This document shows, in pieces, positions 19,329-28,208 of a stretch of 46,154 nt of DNA; position 1 is the first letter of the stretch; each line of letters opens with the position of its first letter. The stretch is from Oscillospiraceae bacterium. GTDB taxonomy: Bacteria; Bacillota; Clostridia; Oscillospirales; CAG-272. The notes beneath the pieces are model-generated. The model did not search any database. It had not been told where the DNA came from and saw only the letters and a list, made by a program, of their open reading frames with translations. The stretch covers positions 1-46,154 of the forward strand of contig SVTZ01000003.1 in NCBI GenBank assembly GCA_015063525.1, given 5' to 3'. Position numbers and translations under genes: made by a program.

Positions 19329-20642
19329 TTAGTCGTGAAGATTTCTTTCGTCAATAACCCTCTTTGCCTTGCCCTCGCTTCTCTGTATGGTCTTGGGAGC
19401 AACAAGGTGAACCGAGGGGCCGATGCCTATCATATTACGCATAGCGGACGCAAGGGATTTTTCCATTGCGGTAATATTCTTTACCGAGTCGTCAAACTGT
19501 TCGGGACGAAGCTCCACGTAAACGTCGAAGGTATCGCTGTTGTTTTCTCTGCCGAGCTTTATGAGATAGTTCTCCGAGAAGCCCTCGGCGAGAAGCACTG
19601 CCTCGATCTGTGAGGGGAATACGTTCACACCGCGGATAATCATCATATCGTCGCTTCTGCCCATGGGCTTTGCCATACGGACGTGAGTTCTGCCGCAAGG
19701 GCATTTCTCACGGGTAAGAACGCAGATATCCCGCGTTCTGTAACGTAGCAGAGGGAATGCCTCCTTGTCAAGACAAGTGAAAACAAGCTCGCCCTTCGTT
19801 CCCTCGGGAAGCGGCTCACCGGTCTCGGGATTGATAATCTCTGCTAAAAAGTGGTCCTCGTTTATATGCATACCGCCCTGAGCCGAGCATTCGAAGGAGA
19901 CACCGGGGCCGCTTATCTCGGTAAGGCCGTAGATGTCGTAGGCTTTGATGCCCAGAGTGCTTTCAATGTTACGCCTCATCTCCTGCGTCCAGGGCTCTGC
20001 GCCGAAGATGCCCGCCTTAAGGGGTATCTGATCGGGAGTGTATCCCTGTTCCTTCAGGCTCTCGCCGAGGTATGCGGCGTAAGAAGGAGTACAGCAAAGA
20101 ACAGTAGCCTTCATATCCAGCATAAATTGAAGCTGACGCTCGGTGTTGCCTGACGACATAGGAAGCGTAAGCGAGCCAACCTTGTGAGATCCGCCGTTAA
20201 GACCGGGTCCTCCTGTAAAAAGACCGTAGCCGTAGCTTACCTGAACCACGTCCTCGCGGTCGGCACCTGCTGCGATAAGCGCTCTCGCACAGCACTCTTC
20301 CCAAAGGTCGATATCGTGCTGAGTATAGTATGCAATAACTCGTCTGCCGGTAGTGCCGGATGTAGATTGGATACGCACGCAATCCGCAAGCGGAACTGCA
20401 AGCATACCGTAAGGGTAGGTCTCACGCAGGTCGCTCTTTTCGATAAAGGGAAGCTTGTGAAGATCTTCTATTCCGTGAATATCCTCGGGTTTTACCCCTT
20501 TTTTGTCCATAAGATCGCGGTAGTAGGGAACGTTCTTGTAAACGTGAGCTACCTGACGAACCAGCTTTTCGGATTGGAGCTTTTTAATATTCTCCGTGGG
20601 CATGGTCTCGATCTCTTCCTGATAATACTTTCTCTTTTCCAT
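19329..20642 (-). CDS. paaK: Phenylacetate--CoA ligase
   Basis: STSGTTG, YGYGLFTGG, DIYGLTE, RYRTRD, GRSDDM, RSEGKAKR. Start at ATG 20642. Confidence 0.92.
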   Translation of the reverse strand: MEKRKYYQEEIETMPTENIKKLQSEKLVRQVAHVYKNVPYYRDLMDKKGVKPEDIHGIEDLHKLPFIEKSDLRETYPYGMLAVPLADCVRIQSTSGTTGRRVIAYYTQHDIDLWEECCARALIAAGADREDVVQVSYGYGLFTGGPGLNGGSHKVGSLTLPMSSGNTERQLQFMLDMKATVLCCTPSYAAYLGESLKEQGYTPDQIPLKAGIFGAEPWTQEMRRNIESTLGIKAYDIYGLTEISGPGVSFECSAQGGMHINEDHFLAEIINPETGEPLPEGTKGELVFTCLDKEAFPLLRYRTRDICVLTREKCPCGRTHVRMAKPMGRSDDMMIIRGVNVFPSQIEAVLLAEGFSENYLIKLGRENNSDTFDVYVELRPEQFDDSVKNITAMEKSLASAMRNMIGIGPSVHLVAPKTIQRSEGKAKRVIDERNLHD

Positions 20643-20670
20643 TGCTATGTACTTCCTATGTATATTAAAA

Positions 20671-21240
20671 TCACTTTCTTCCAAGCGCAAAGGCACGAAG
20701 GTTCATATCAACGAATTTCGGCGCAACGCTCTTTTGAATAGCCGCGGTCCACTTCTCCTCCGGAATATCCATATATTTTGACAGCCTGCCCATAAGGACG
20801 ATATTTACAGCTTTGGGACTTCCTGCCTCTGTGGCAGGAGTAAGCGCGTCAATAGCATCTATCGAAAGGCCAAGGGAGGAAAGAGACTCGAGCGCGTTGT
20901 GAGGATATTCTGCCGCACCCGTAATTACGGGCATCGGATCAATTTCTTGAGTATTTACGATGATTTTACCTCCGACTTTCAGATACGACGCGTATCTTGC
21001 CGCTTCTATCTTCTCAAAGGCAACGATAAAGTCGGCCTCGCCCTTGTCTATGATGGGTGAATAAACCTTCTCGCCAAATCTTACGTAGGTAACGACGCTT
21101 CCGCCCCTCTGACTCATTCCGTGAACCTCGGATACCTTAACGTCGTATCCCTCATCTTCAAGCAGATTTCCCAGCAGCTTGCTTGCAAGCAGCGAGCCCT
21201 GACCGCCCACGCCTACTATCATAATATTTGTGGTTTTCAT
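20671..21240 (-). CDS. iorB: Indolepyruvate:ferredoxin oxidoreductase beta subunit
   Basis: GVGGQG, SEVHGMSQRGGSV, NLRAF. Confidence 0.93.
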   Translation of the reverse strand: MKTTNIMIVGVGGQGSLLASKLLGNLLEDEGYDVKVSEVHGMSQRGGSVVTYVRFGEKVYSPIIDKGEADFIVAFEKIEAARYASYLKVGGKIIVNTQEIDPMPVITGAAEYPHNALESLSSLGLSIDAIDALTPATEAGSPKAVNIVLMGRLSKYMDIPEEKWTAAIQKSVAPKFVDMNLRAFALGRK

Positions 21241-22976
21241 TACTCGTCACCTCCCACAATGGCATTAAAGGAGCAGAGCTGCTTGCAAACCTCGCATCCA
21301 ACGCAGAGGGTTGCATCAATTCTTGCCTTGCCGTCCTTCATACTTATAGCAGGACAGCCTATTTTCATACACATTTTGCAGCTGCGGCATTTTTCATTGT
21401 CGACCGTAAGTGAGGGCTTCGCCTTAACGTATTTCAGCAGGGCACAGGGACGCCTGGAAATGATTACCGACGGCTCGTTTACAGAAATCTCCTCGGTAAC
21501 AGCCGCTTCGGTCGCCTTCAGATCATAAGGATCAACGACTCTTACGCGATTGATTCCAAGAGCGCGGCAGAGAGCCTCAAGATCGATTTTCGTTGCAGGA
21601 TCTCCTTTGATATTGTAGCCGGTAGTTGGGTTTTGCTGATGGCCGGTCATACCGGTTATGGAGTTGTCAACTATAATAACGGTGGAGTTAGTGCCGTTGT
21701 AGGCGATGTTTGCAAGGCCGGTCATACCTGAGTGCATAAAGGTGGAGTCACCGATGACCGCAACCGTCTTATTTTCACTCTTCTCGCCAAGAGCTTTGTT
21801 AAAGCCGTGAATTCCCGAAACCGACGCACCCATACAGAGTACCGAGTCAATGGCGTTCAGTGGTGCAGCCGAGCCGAGAGTGTAACAGCCGATGTCGCCG
21901 AGGACGGTCAGCTTTTTCTTCGCAAGAACGTAGAACAGTCCTCTGTGGGGACAGCCGGCACACATTACGGGAGGACGTACTGGAACGGGGTTGATCGCAA
22001 CAAATTCCGACGTATCCTTACTGAGAGCCGAGGCGATTATCCTCTGCGAGAACTCACCGCAGATGGGGAAGATATTCTTTCCGTCTACCTTAAGTCCGAG
22101 TGATTTGCAGTAATTTTCAATATAAGGATCAAGCTCCTCGATAACCACGAGTCTCTCAACTCGTGATGCGAATTCAAGAATAAGCTTCGTTGGCAGGGGG
22201 TTGACTAAGCCAATCTTCAGCACCGAAACCGACTCGCCAAACACCTCCTTGACGTAGTCGTAGCAGGTACCCGAGGTTATAATACCTAGCGAGTTTTCAG
22301 ACGAGTATTCCGCGCGGTTTAGAGGACAAGTCTCGGCGTAAGCCGAAAGGGTTTTGTGTCTTTCCTCCACCACGGGGTGACGCTTTATGGCGTTAGCAGG
22401 AGCCATTATGTATTTCTGAGGATTTTTTACGTATTCCTTGATAGGCGTATCAAGTCTTTCCTCTAGCTCAACAGAGCATTGAGAGTGTGCAATTCTCGTG
22501 CAGGTTCGAAGCAGTACGGGAGTGTCGTACTTTTCAGAAAGCTCAAAGGCGATTTTTGCAAATTCCTTTGCCTCGCGGGAGTCGCTTGGCTCAAGCATAG
22601 GCAGCTTCGCCGCCTCGGCATAGTGACGCGAGTCCTGCTCGTTTTGCGATGAGTGCATTCCGGGATCGTCGGCTACGCATATTACAAGGCCGCCGTTCAC
22701 TCCGGTGTAGGACATTGTGAAAAGGGGATCTGCCGCTACGTTAAGTCCAACGTGCTTCATACAACAGGCGGCTCTCGCTCCTGCAAGCGACGCGCCGAAG
22801 GCGACCTCAAGGGCAACCTTTTCATTGGGTGCCCACTCGCAGTAGATCTCATCGTATTTTGCCGCATATTCGGTAATTTCTGTAGAGGGAGTGCCGGGAT
22901 AGCTGGATACAACTCTGCATCCCGCCTCGTAAAGTCCACGGGCTGTCGCCTCGTTTCCAAGCATTAGTTTTTTCAT
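21240..22976 (-). CDS. iorA: Indolepyruvate:ferredoxin oxidoreductase alpha subunit
   Basis: YPGTPSTE, KHVGLNVAAD, SSQNEQD, CAGCPHR, GDSTF TPP motif, C-terminal 2x[4Fe-4S] Cys motifs. Confidence 0.95.
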   Translation of the reverse strand: MKKLMLGNEATARGLYEAGCRVVSSYPGTPSTEITEYAAKYDEIYCEWAPNEKVALEVAFGASLAGARAACCMKHVGLNVAADPLFTMSYTGVNGGLVICVADDPGMHSSQNEQDSRHYAEAAKLPMLEPSDSREAKEFAKIAFELSEKYDTPVLLRTCTRIAHSQCSVELEERLDTPIKEYVKNPQKYIMAPANAIKRHPVVEERHKTLSAYAETCPLNRAEYSSENSLGIITSGTCYDYVKEVFGESVSVLKIGLVNPLPTKLILEFASRVERLVVIEELDPYIENYCKSLGLKVDGKNIFPICGEFSQRIIASALSKDTSEFVAINPVPVRPPVMCAGCPHRGLFYVLAKKKLTVLGDIGCYTLGSAAPLNAIDSVLCMGASVSGIHGFNKALGEKSENKTVAVIGDSTFMHSGMTGLANIAYNGTNSTVIIVDNSITGMTGHQQNPTTGYNIKGDPATKIDLEALCRALGINRVRVVDPYDLKATEAAVTEEISVNEPSVIISRRPCALLKYVKAKPSLTVDNEKCRSCKMCMKIGCPAISMKDGKARIDATLCVGCEVCKQLCSFNAIVGGDE

Positions 22977-22992
22977 ATGTTTTCTCCTGTTA

Positions 22993-24636
22993 TTAGCTCT
23001 GAGTCTGCACTTCTACAAGGCTCACGCCGCAGTATCTCTCACGGAGCAGAGGCTTTTCGATCTTTCCTGTGGGATTTCTCGGTACTTCGGCAAAAATGGT
23101 TTTTCTCGGTCTTTTGTATTTCGGAAGTCCCAGGCAGAACTCATCAATATCGGCTTCGCTCAGGCTTTCGCCCTCCTTTAGCTCAATGATTGCCGCGGTG
23201 ATCTCGCCGAGACGCTTGTCGGGGAGACCGATAACGCCCACGTCCTTAATGGATGGGTGAGCTCTTAAAAAGTCCTCGATCTGAACGGGGTAAATGTTCT
23301 CGCCTCCCGAGATGATAACGTCCTTCTTTCTGTCAACAAGATAAATAAAGCCTTCCTCGTCCTCCCTTGCCATATCTCCGGTAAGAAGCCAGCCGTCACG
23401 AAGGACCTCGGTGGTAGCCTCGGGGTTCTTGTAATAGCATTTCATAACGCCGTCGCCCTTTACCGCGAGCTCTCCAACCTTGCCCGATTGAACGGGTACG
23501 CCTGCCTCGTCAAAAATAGCGGTTTCCCAGCCGTAGCCTGCCTTGCCGATAGCGCCGACCTTATGAATGTTTTCAATTCCAAGATGCACGCATCCGGGGC
23601 CGATTGACTCGGAAAGACCGTAGTTGGTGTCGTAGTCGTGATTGTTAAACTGTGATTTCCATCTCTTGATAAGTGACGGAGGCACCGGCTGAGCGCCGAC
23701 GTGCATAAGCCTCCATTGATCGAGTCTGTATTCGGACAGATTTATGTCACGACGGTCAATGGCATCGAGAATATCCTGCGCCCACGGCACGAGAAGCCAT
23801 ACGATGGTTGCCTTCTCGTCCGAAACCGTCTGAAGCACCCACTCGGGGCTTACGCCGCGAAGAAGAACGGATTTGCCTCCGGTCAGCAGAGAGCCAAACC
23901 AGTGCATCTTAGCGCCGGTATGATAGAGGGGGGGAATGCAGAGAAAGACGTCGTCCTTGGTCTGACCGTGGTGCTTTTGCTCGACATAGCAGGAGTGAAC
24001 CAGGGCGCGGTGTCTGTGTAAAATCGCCTTCGGGAAGCCGGTCGTGCCTGAGGAAAAGTATATTGCTCCATCGTCTTCGTCGCTGATTTCAACCGGCGGT
24101 ACGGTAGATGAGCAGTAGTAGACCATCTCTGCATAATTATCGGCGTAATGCGGGGTTTCCGAGTGCTTTCCTACGAAGAAAAGGTTGTCAATAAGCGGCA
24201 TTTTACCCTCAAGGGTGTTAATTCGCTCGATAAATTCAGGACCGAACACAAGCATTCTTACGTCAGCAAGCTCAAGGCAGTATTTTATCTCCTCGGAGGA
24301 ATATCTGTAATTCATCGGCACTGCGATAGCTCCAGTTTTGAGAATGCCGAAATAAATAGGAAGCCATTCAAGACAGTTCATAAGAAGAATTGCGATTTTG
24401 TCCCCCTTTTTGACGCCTCTGGTAAATAGAAGGTTGGCAAATCGGTTTGCCTTGACGTCAAAGTCACGCCAGGTGATCTCTCGGCGGTATTTGTCTCCTT
24501 CCGCTGCCGTCTCAATAAGGCTGTATTCTCGCCAGGTAAGGTCTTTGTCAGGCTGACGCTCGGGGTTTATCTCCACAAGAGCCACGTCGTTTGGATATAT
24601 CTTGGCGTTTCTTTCAAGAAAGTCTGTTATAGGCAT
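22993..24636 (-). CDS. Acyl-CoA synthetase (AMP-forming, class I adenylate-forming)
   Basis: FSSGTTGFPK, YGLSE, TGD, DRKKDVIISGGEN, PTGK. Confidence 0.92.
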   Translation of the reverse strand: MPITDFLERNAKIYPNDVALVEINPERQPDKDLTWREYSLIETAAEGDKYRREITWRDFDVKANRFANLLFTRGVKKGDKIAILLMNCLEWLPIYFGILKTGAIAVPMNYRYSSEEIKYCLELADVRMLVFGPEFIERINTLEGKMPLIDNLFFVGKHSETPHYADNYAEMVYYCSSTVPPVEISDEDDGAIYFSSGTTGFPKAILHRHRALVHSCYVEQKHHGQTKDDVFLCIPPLYHTGAKMHWFGSLLTGGKSVLLRGVSPEWVLQTVSDEKATIVWLLVPWAQDILDAIDRRDINLSEYRLDQWRLMHVGAQPVPPSLIKRWKSQFNNHDYDTNYGLSESIGPGCVHLGIENIHKVGAIGKAGYGWETAIFDEAGVPVQSGKVGELAVKGDGVMKCYYKNPEATTEVLRDGWLLTGDMAREDEEGFIYLVDRKKDVIISGGENIYPVQIEDFLRAHPSIKDVGVIGLPDKRLGEITAAIIELKEGESLSEADIDEFCLGLPKYKRPRKTIFAEVPRNPTGKIEKPLLRERYCGVSLVEVQTQS

Positions 24637-24654
24637 AAAAATCTCCTTTAGAAA

Positions 24655-24930
24655 TAAAAAAACCTGCGTTCAAAAAATGAACGCAGGGACGTAAAAACAA
24701 AATTACGCGGTACCACTCTGCTTTATCAACGCCCCGCGGGGAATTGACCTTAGGGAGCTAAGCTCCTGCGATGTAACGGTCGCCCCCGGTATTGCCTACT
24801 TTTTCGGTCTGCCGATTTTCAGCAAACGGCTAACGGAGCGAATTCACATTCCGAGGATCTCCGTCTTCCACCCACCGACGGCTCTCTGCGCACCCAAAGG
24901 AATGATACTACTCTCCGATCAAACGCCTTT
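24655..24930 (-). ncRNA. T-box riboswitch, specifier probably UUC (Phe), with terminator
   Basis: Minus strand: Stem I AGUA bulge, AGAGA and GGUGGAA motifs, specifier loop GUGAA-UUC-GCUCCG (24840-24842), T-box AGAGUGGUACCGCG (24706-24719), terminator CCUGCGUUCA...UGAACGCAGG plus U tract. Confidence 0.92.
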
Positions 24931-24950
24931 GTTTAATAAAACATATAAAT

Positions 24951-24979
24951 ATTTTAGCAAAAAGGATTATATTTGTCAA
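24951..24979 (-). promoter_or_regulatory. Sigma-A promoter upstream of the T-box
   Basis: TTGACA-17 nt-TAAAAT with TG extension. Confidence 0.65.
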
Positions 24980-25004
24980 GAGTTAAATAACAATTTATGA
25001 CATT

Positions 25005-25754
25005 TTACCTCTCGAAAGCAAGAATATTTCTTAAGATTTCCTCTCCGCGTAGGAAGGCTTCTTTGCTTTCTGACTTGTTAAGTGCGCTCGAAACCTCGCT
25101 CAACGCTCTGAGGCAAACTACAGTATCGCTCGGTAGATCACATATTCCGGGCAGTGAATACAAGTCGAGAGAGCCGAGATATACTCCGTTTTCGCTTGCA
25201 AGATCATAATTCTTGCCTTCGCTCATATAATCGGCTACGGCTTTGAACATAGCTCCGCTATATCTCTCCTCGTATTCGAAAAACAACCTCTCAGAAAGGA
25301 AGCAAACGTAGTAATCTCCGTATAACATAGACTGACCGAGCATCTCGGCGTCCTCCTGAACTAGGGTGGTGTTTATGCTATAACCGGGCTCAAGGTCGTA
25401 AAGCTGATCGGCCTCCTCTTCGTTGATTACAAAGAGGTTTTGTAAAGTTACATTTACATTTCCGTCGTTATTAAAATCAGAACAAACCTTTTTGAGGCTT
25501 GAAAGAGTTGTGGAATAGGGGGCGACATCGCCGTTTTCCGAGGTCTTTTTAATCTCATATGGGCCTGCGTAGAGTATGTATCCGTCGTAGCTAACTCGTG
25601 AGCAGGTCTGCAGCGTCAGTACCAAAATAATGATAACAACCGCCACCGCCGCTATAGTATGCCATTTGTAGTGATACCAAAAGTTTTCAAGCTTTTTTAA
25701 GAAGGGGGAGCCTAGCTTTACCTCGCCCTCGATTTTTTCTCTTTTTTCTTCCAT
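25005..25754 (-). CDS. Membrane-anchored hypothetical protein
   Basis: LENFWYHYKWH followed by one TM helix and a soluble domain. Confidence 0.75.
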   Translation of the reverse strand: MEEKREKIEGEVKLGSPFLKKLENFWYHYKWHTIAAVAVVIIILVLTLQTCSRVSYDGYILYAGPYEIKKTSENGDVAPYSTTLSSLKKVCSDFNNDGNVNVTLQNLFVINEEEADQLYDLEPGYSINTTLVQEDAEMLGQSMLYGDYYVCFLSERLFFEYEERYSGAMFKAVADYMSEGKNYDLASENGVYLGSLDLYSLPGICDLPSDTVVCLRALSEVSSALNKSESKEAFLRGEEILRNILAFER

Positions 25755-25929
25755 TTAATCAATAATACCTTTTGATTTTATTTTAATCTATCAATCAGTT
25801 GTCAAAATAAAAAATTCATTCCGATTCCGTTATTGGTGCCTACTGCCATATTGGGGTTTATCTTTTATTGCGCAGAAGGCGCAATCGATTCTATTATATC
25901 GATTAGTATAATGCTTTTTCTAAAACTTC

Positions 25930-27282
25930 TTATTTACCTATTTTCCGCGCGTATGCCAGGGTTTGCTTCAGCGCAGAATTCTTTTCTATTCCCGCAAGGC
26001 GAAGCTTGTGGGCATATTCAAGGTATTCGGAGAAGTGCTTGCTCGGCTTAAGGCCGGAATCAATAAGATCCTGCCCCATTACGTGGGGACGCGACATATA
26101 TTCGCGGTAGGTTTTAAGTCTCTCCTCGAAGAAGGCGTCGTAGGAAATATATTCTCTCGGCGAGGTTTTTCCAAGGCCGTCTGCAATAGCAAGGCAGACA
26201 AGACCTGCAGGGTCAACCGACATATCGAACATTTTGTTGGTGGATTTTACAGATGCTTTAGCCGCCGCCAGAACGTTAGGCTTCATATGAAGCTCGACCA
26301 TATTAAGCACGTATTTCATCAGGCTGTGCTCGTTAGTCAGCCTGCGTATAAAGGCCTCTGCCAGAGGAAGGCCTGCGGTTTCGTGGCCGTAGCAGTGTAT
26401 CTCGCCGTCAATAAGCTCGGTGCTTACCGCCTTTCCAAAATCGTGAGTCAGGGCAGAGAGCATAAAGCCGATTCTGTCGCTTGCATAATGAGAAAGGCGC
26501 GCCGCCTCGTCAAGAACCATCATCGTATGAACCCAAACGTCACCTTCGGAGTGATAAAGTGGATTTTGCTTTATACCGATAAGCGCCTCGAGCTCGGGGA
26601 ACCATACCGAAAGCTGATCGATTTCTCTCAGCACCTCAAAGAATATTGAAGGACGCTTAGCTTTCAGCAAGGCCTTTTGTGCTTCGCCCATAATTCTTTC
26701 CTTCGGGAGAGCCGAGACGTCCATTTTGCGGCATAGATTTTTTGTCTCTTCGGCAATTTTAAATTCAAATCGCGCGGCAAATTGCGCTCCGCGCAGAACC
26801 CGCAGAGGATCTTCGGCAAAGGAACTGCCGTCAACGTGACGGATAATACCACGTTTAAGGTACTCTTGCCCACCAAAATGGTCGATTATCTCGCCGGTCA
26901 GAACGTTCTGCATCATAGCGTTGATGGTGAAATCTCGTCTCCTCGCCGCCCCGAGAGTGCCGATATGAGGGTCAACGAAAATATCGAAATCACGGTGTCC
27001 TGCGCCGCGACAGATTTCCTTCCTCGGCATAGCGATATCAAGCGAGTAGCCCTTTAGCCCGAAGATTCCGAAGCTCTCGCCGATATCCATACGCTCGCCG
27101 AGCGAGTCGAGTATAGACTTCAGCTCATCGGGTGTTATTCCGTGAACCTCTATATCAATGTCCTTGCCGGGATTTCCGCATAACAGATCTCTCACGTAGC
27201 CGCCTACGAAATAGGTGCTTCCGCCAAGTCTATCTACCGCCTCGGCTATTTTTCTAGCCATATCGGCGTCTGATATGTGCAT
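25930..27282 (-). CDS. cca: Class II tRNA nucleotidyltransferase (CCA-type) with HD domain
   Basis: VGGYVRD, DIDIEV, RRDFTIN, EDPLRVLR, HSEGDVWVHT, LTHDFGK. Start at ATG 27282 (AAGGAGG RBS). Confidence 0.85.
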   Translation of the reverse strand: MHISDADMARKIAEAVDRLGGSTYFVGGYVRDLLCGNPGKDIDIEVHGITPDELKSILDSLGERMDIGESFGIFGLKGYSLDIAMPRKEICRGAGHRDFDIFVDPHIGTLGAARRRDFTINAMMQNVLTGEIIDHFGGQEYLKRGIIRHVDGSSFAEDPLRVLRGAQFAARFEFKIAEETKNLCRKMDVSALPKERIMGEAQKALLKAKRPSIFFEVLREIDQLSVWFPELEALIGIKQNPLYHSEGDVWVHTMMVLDEAARLSHYASDRIGFMLSALTHDFGKAVSTELIDGEIHCYGHETAGLPLAEAFIRRLTNEHSLMKYVLNMVELHMKPNVLAAAKASVKSTNKMFDMSVDPAGLVCLAIADGLGKTSPREYISYDAFFEERLKTYREYMSRPHVMGQDLIDSGLKPSKHFSEYLEYAHKLRLAGIEKNSALKQTLAYARKIGK

Positions 27283-27449
27283 AGATTGACCCTCCTTTCT
27301 TTTTCTTACAAAGATAATTATAACACAAAAACGACAGAAGCGCAATACCTCTGCCGTTTTGTTTTATCATTTTGTTTTGTGATGTATATCGGTTTACGGG
27401 GTGATATACCGTGAAGAAGCTTTTGCTTTTACTTTACATTCATACTAAT

Positions 27450-28046
27450 TTATGGCGTATAATTTGTATTGTATCCTGGATTTTCCTCGGGACGGAGGGC
27501 ATTAGGAAATTCAATATCTGTCTGTATATCCATAATGATCCTTTGAATGTCGTTGTATACCTGATTTGCGTTTTCCAGATCTTCAAATGCAAAAACACTT
27601 TCTTTTGAACCGGAATTTCCGTTAAATCGAACATCTCCGGTGTGAAAGAGCTTGTCGATAAACCCGATATGAAGCTGAGTGTTTTGCAGATCCTTGTAAA
27701 ACAGCGAGGCCTCGTTCACAGCAAAAAATCCGCCCTGAATAACAATACGTTTGTTTGTAATAAAGTAACAGGTATTCTTCCAGCGTCGGTTAGCGGTGAG
27801 TACATTAGCAAGCCATATCTATACCGGCATAAGATGCAAGGCAAAAAATGGAATAATAAACCATAAAAATTCGCCGTCCTCAAAGGAGGTTAAAATAAAT
27901 TGCGAGTCAATAATTAACCAAATAATGGCGATGGGCAGCATTGTCAATGACTTTGTAGCAACGAATGCACTTCTTTTAGGTTTTCCTCTCCAGATCGTTT
28001 TTTCGCCTGCGCTTAAAATAATGTCGTTTTTTTCGTTTGTTGTCAT
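27450..28046 (-). pseudogene. Membrane protein with a bacterial PH-like domain, interrupted by one in-frame TAG
   Basis: ORFs 27819-28046 and 27450-27719 share a frame: ...LMPV*IWLANVLTANRRWKNTCYFITNKRIVIQGG... ; TAG at 27819-27821. Confidence 0.8.
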
Positions 28047-28058
28047 GATACGGTGTTT

Positions 28059-28085
28059 TTAGGTTTCGGGTTTCATAGGGGTGAA
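28059..28085 (-). repeat. Diverged duplicate of the last 27 nt of lysS (att-like)
   Basis: TTC ACC CCT ATG AAA CCC GAA ACC TAA versus lysS TTC CCC ACT ATG AAG CCG GAG ACA TAA; 21/27 identical. Confidence 0.75.
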
Positions 28086-28208
28086 CGAACAAAAACGATT
28101 ATGTATCGTTTTTGCGAAGTGATGGGCCTAAAGCAAGGAGAAATGAAAAGGGACTTGCCCTGCGCACATTTCGACTATGCGACGGCTCGGGTCATTCATT
28201 GTTGCTGT

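Noticed and set aside
25802-25849. Possible leader peptide MAVGTNNGIGMNFLF in the long 5' region of the 25005-25754 gene
   Set aside because: No RBS, no attenuator structure and no riboswitch motif that I could recognise.
27819-27821. Pyrrolysine or amber recoding next to lysS
   Set aside because: No pyl genes in the window, TAG is used as a normal stop at 651-653, and TGG to TAG is the simpler explanation.
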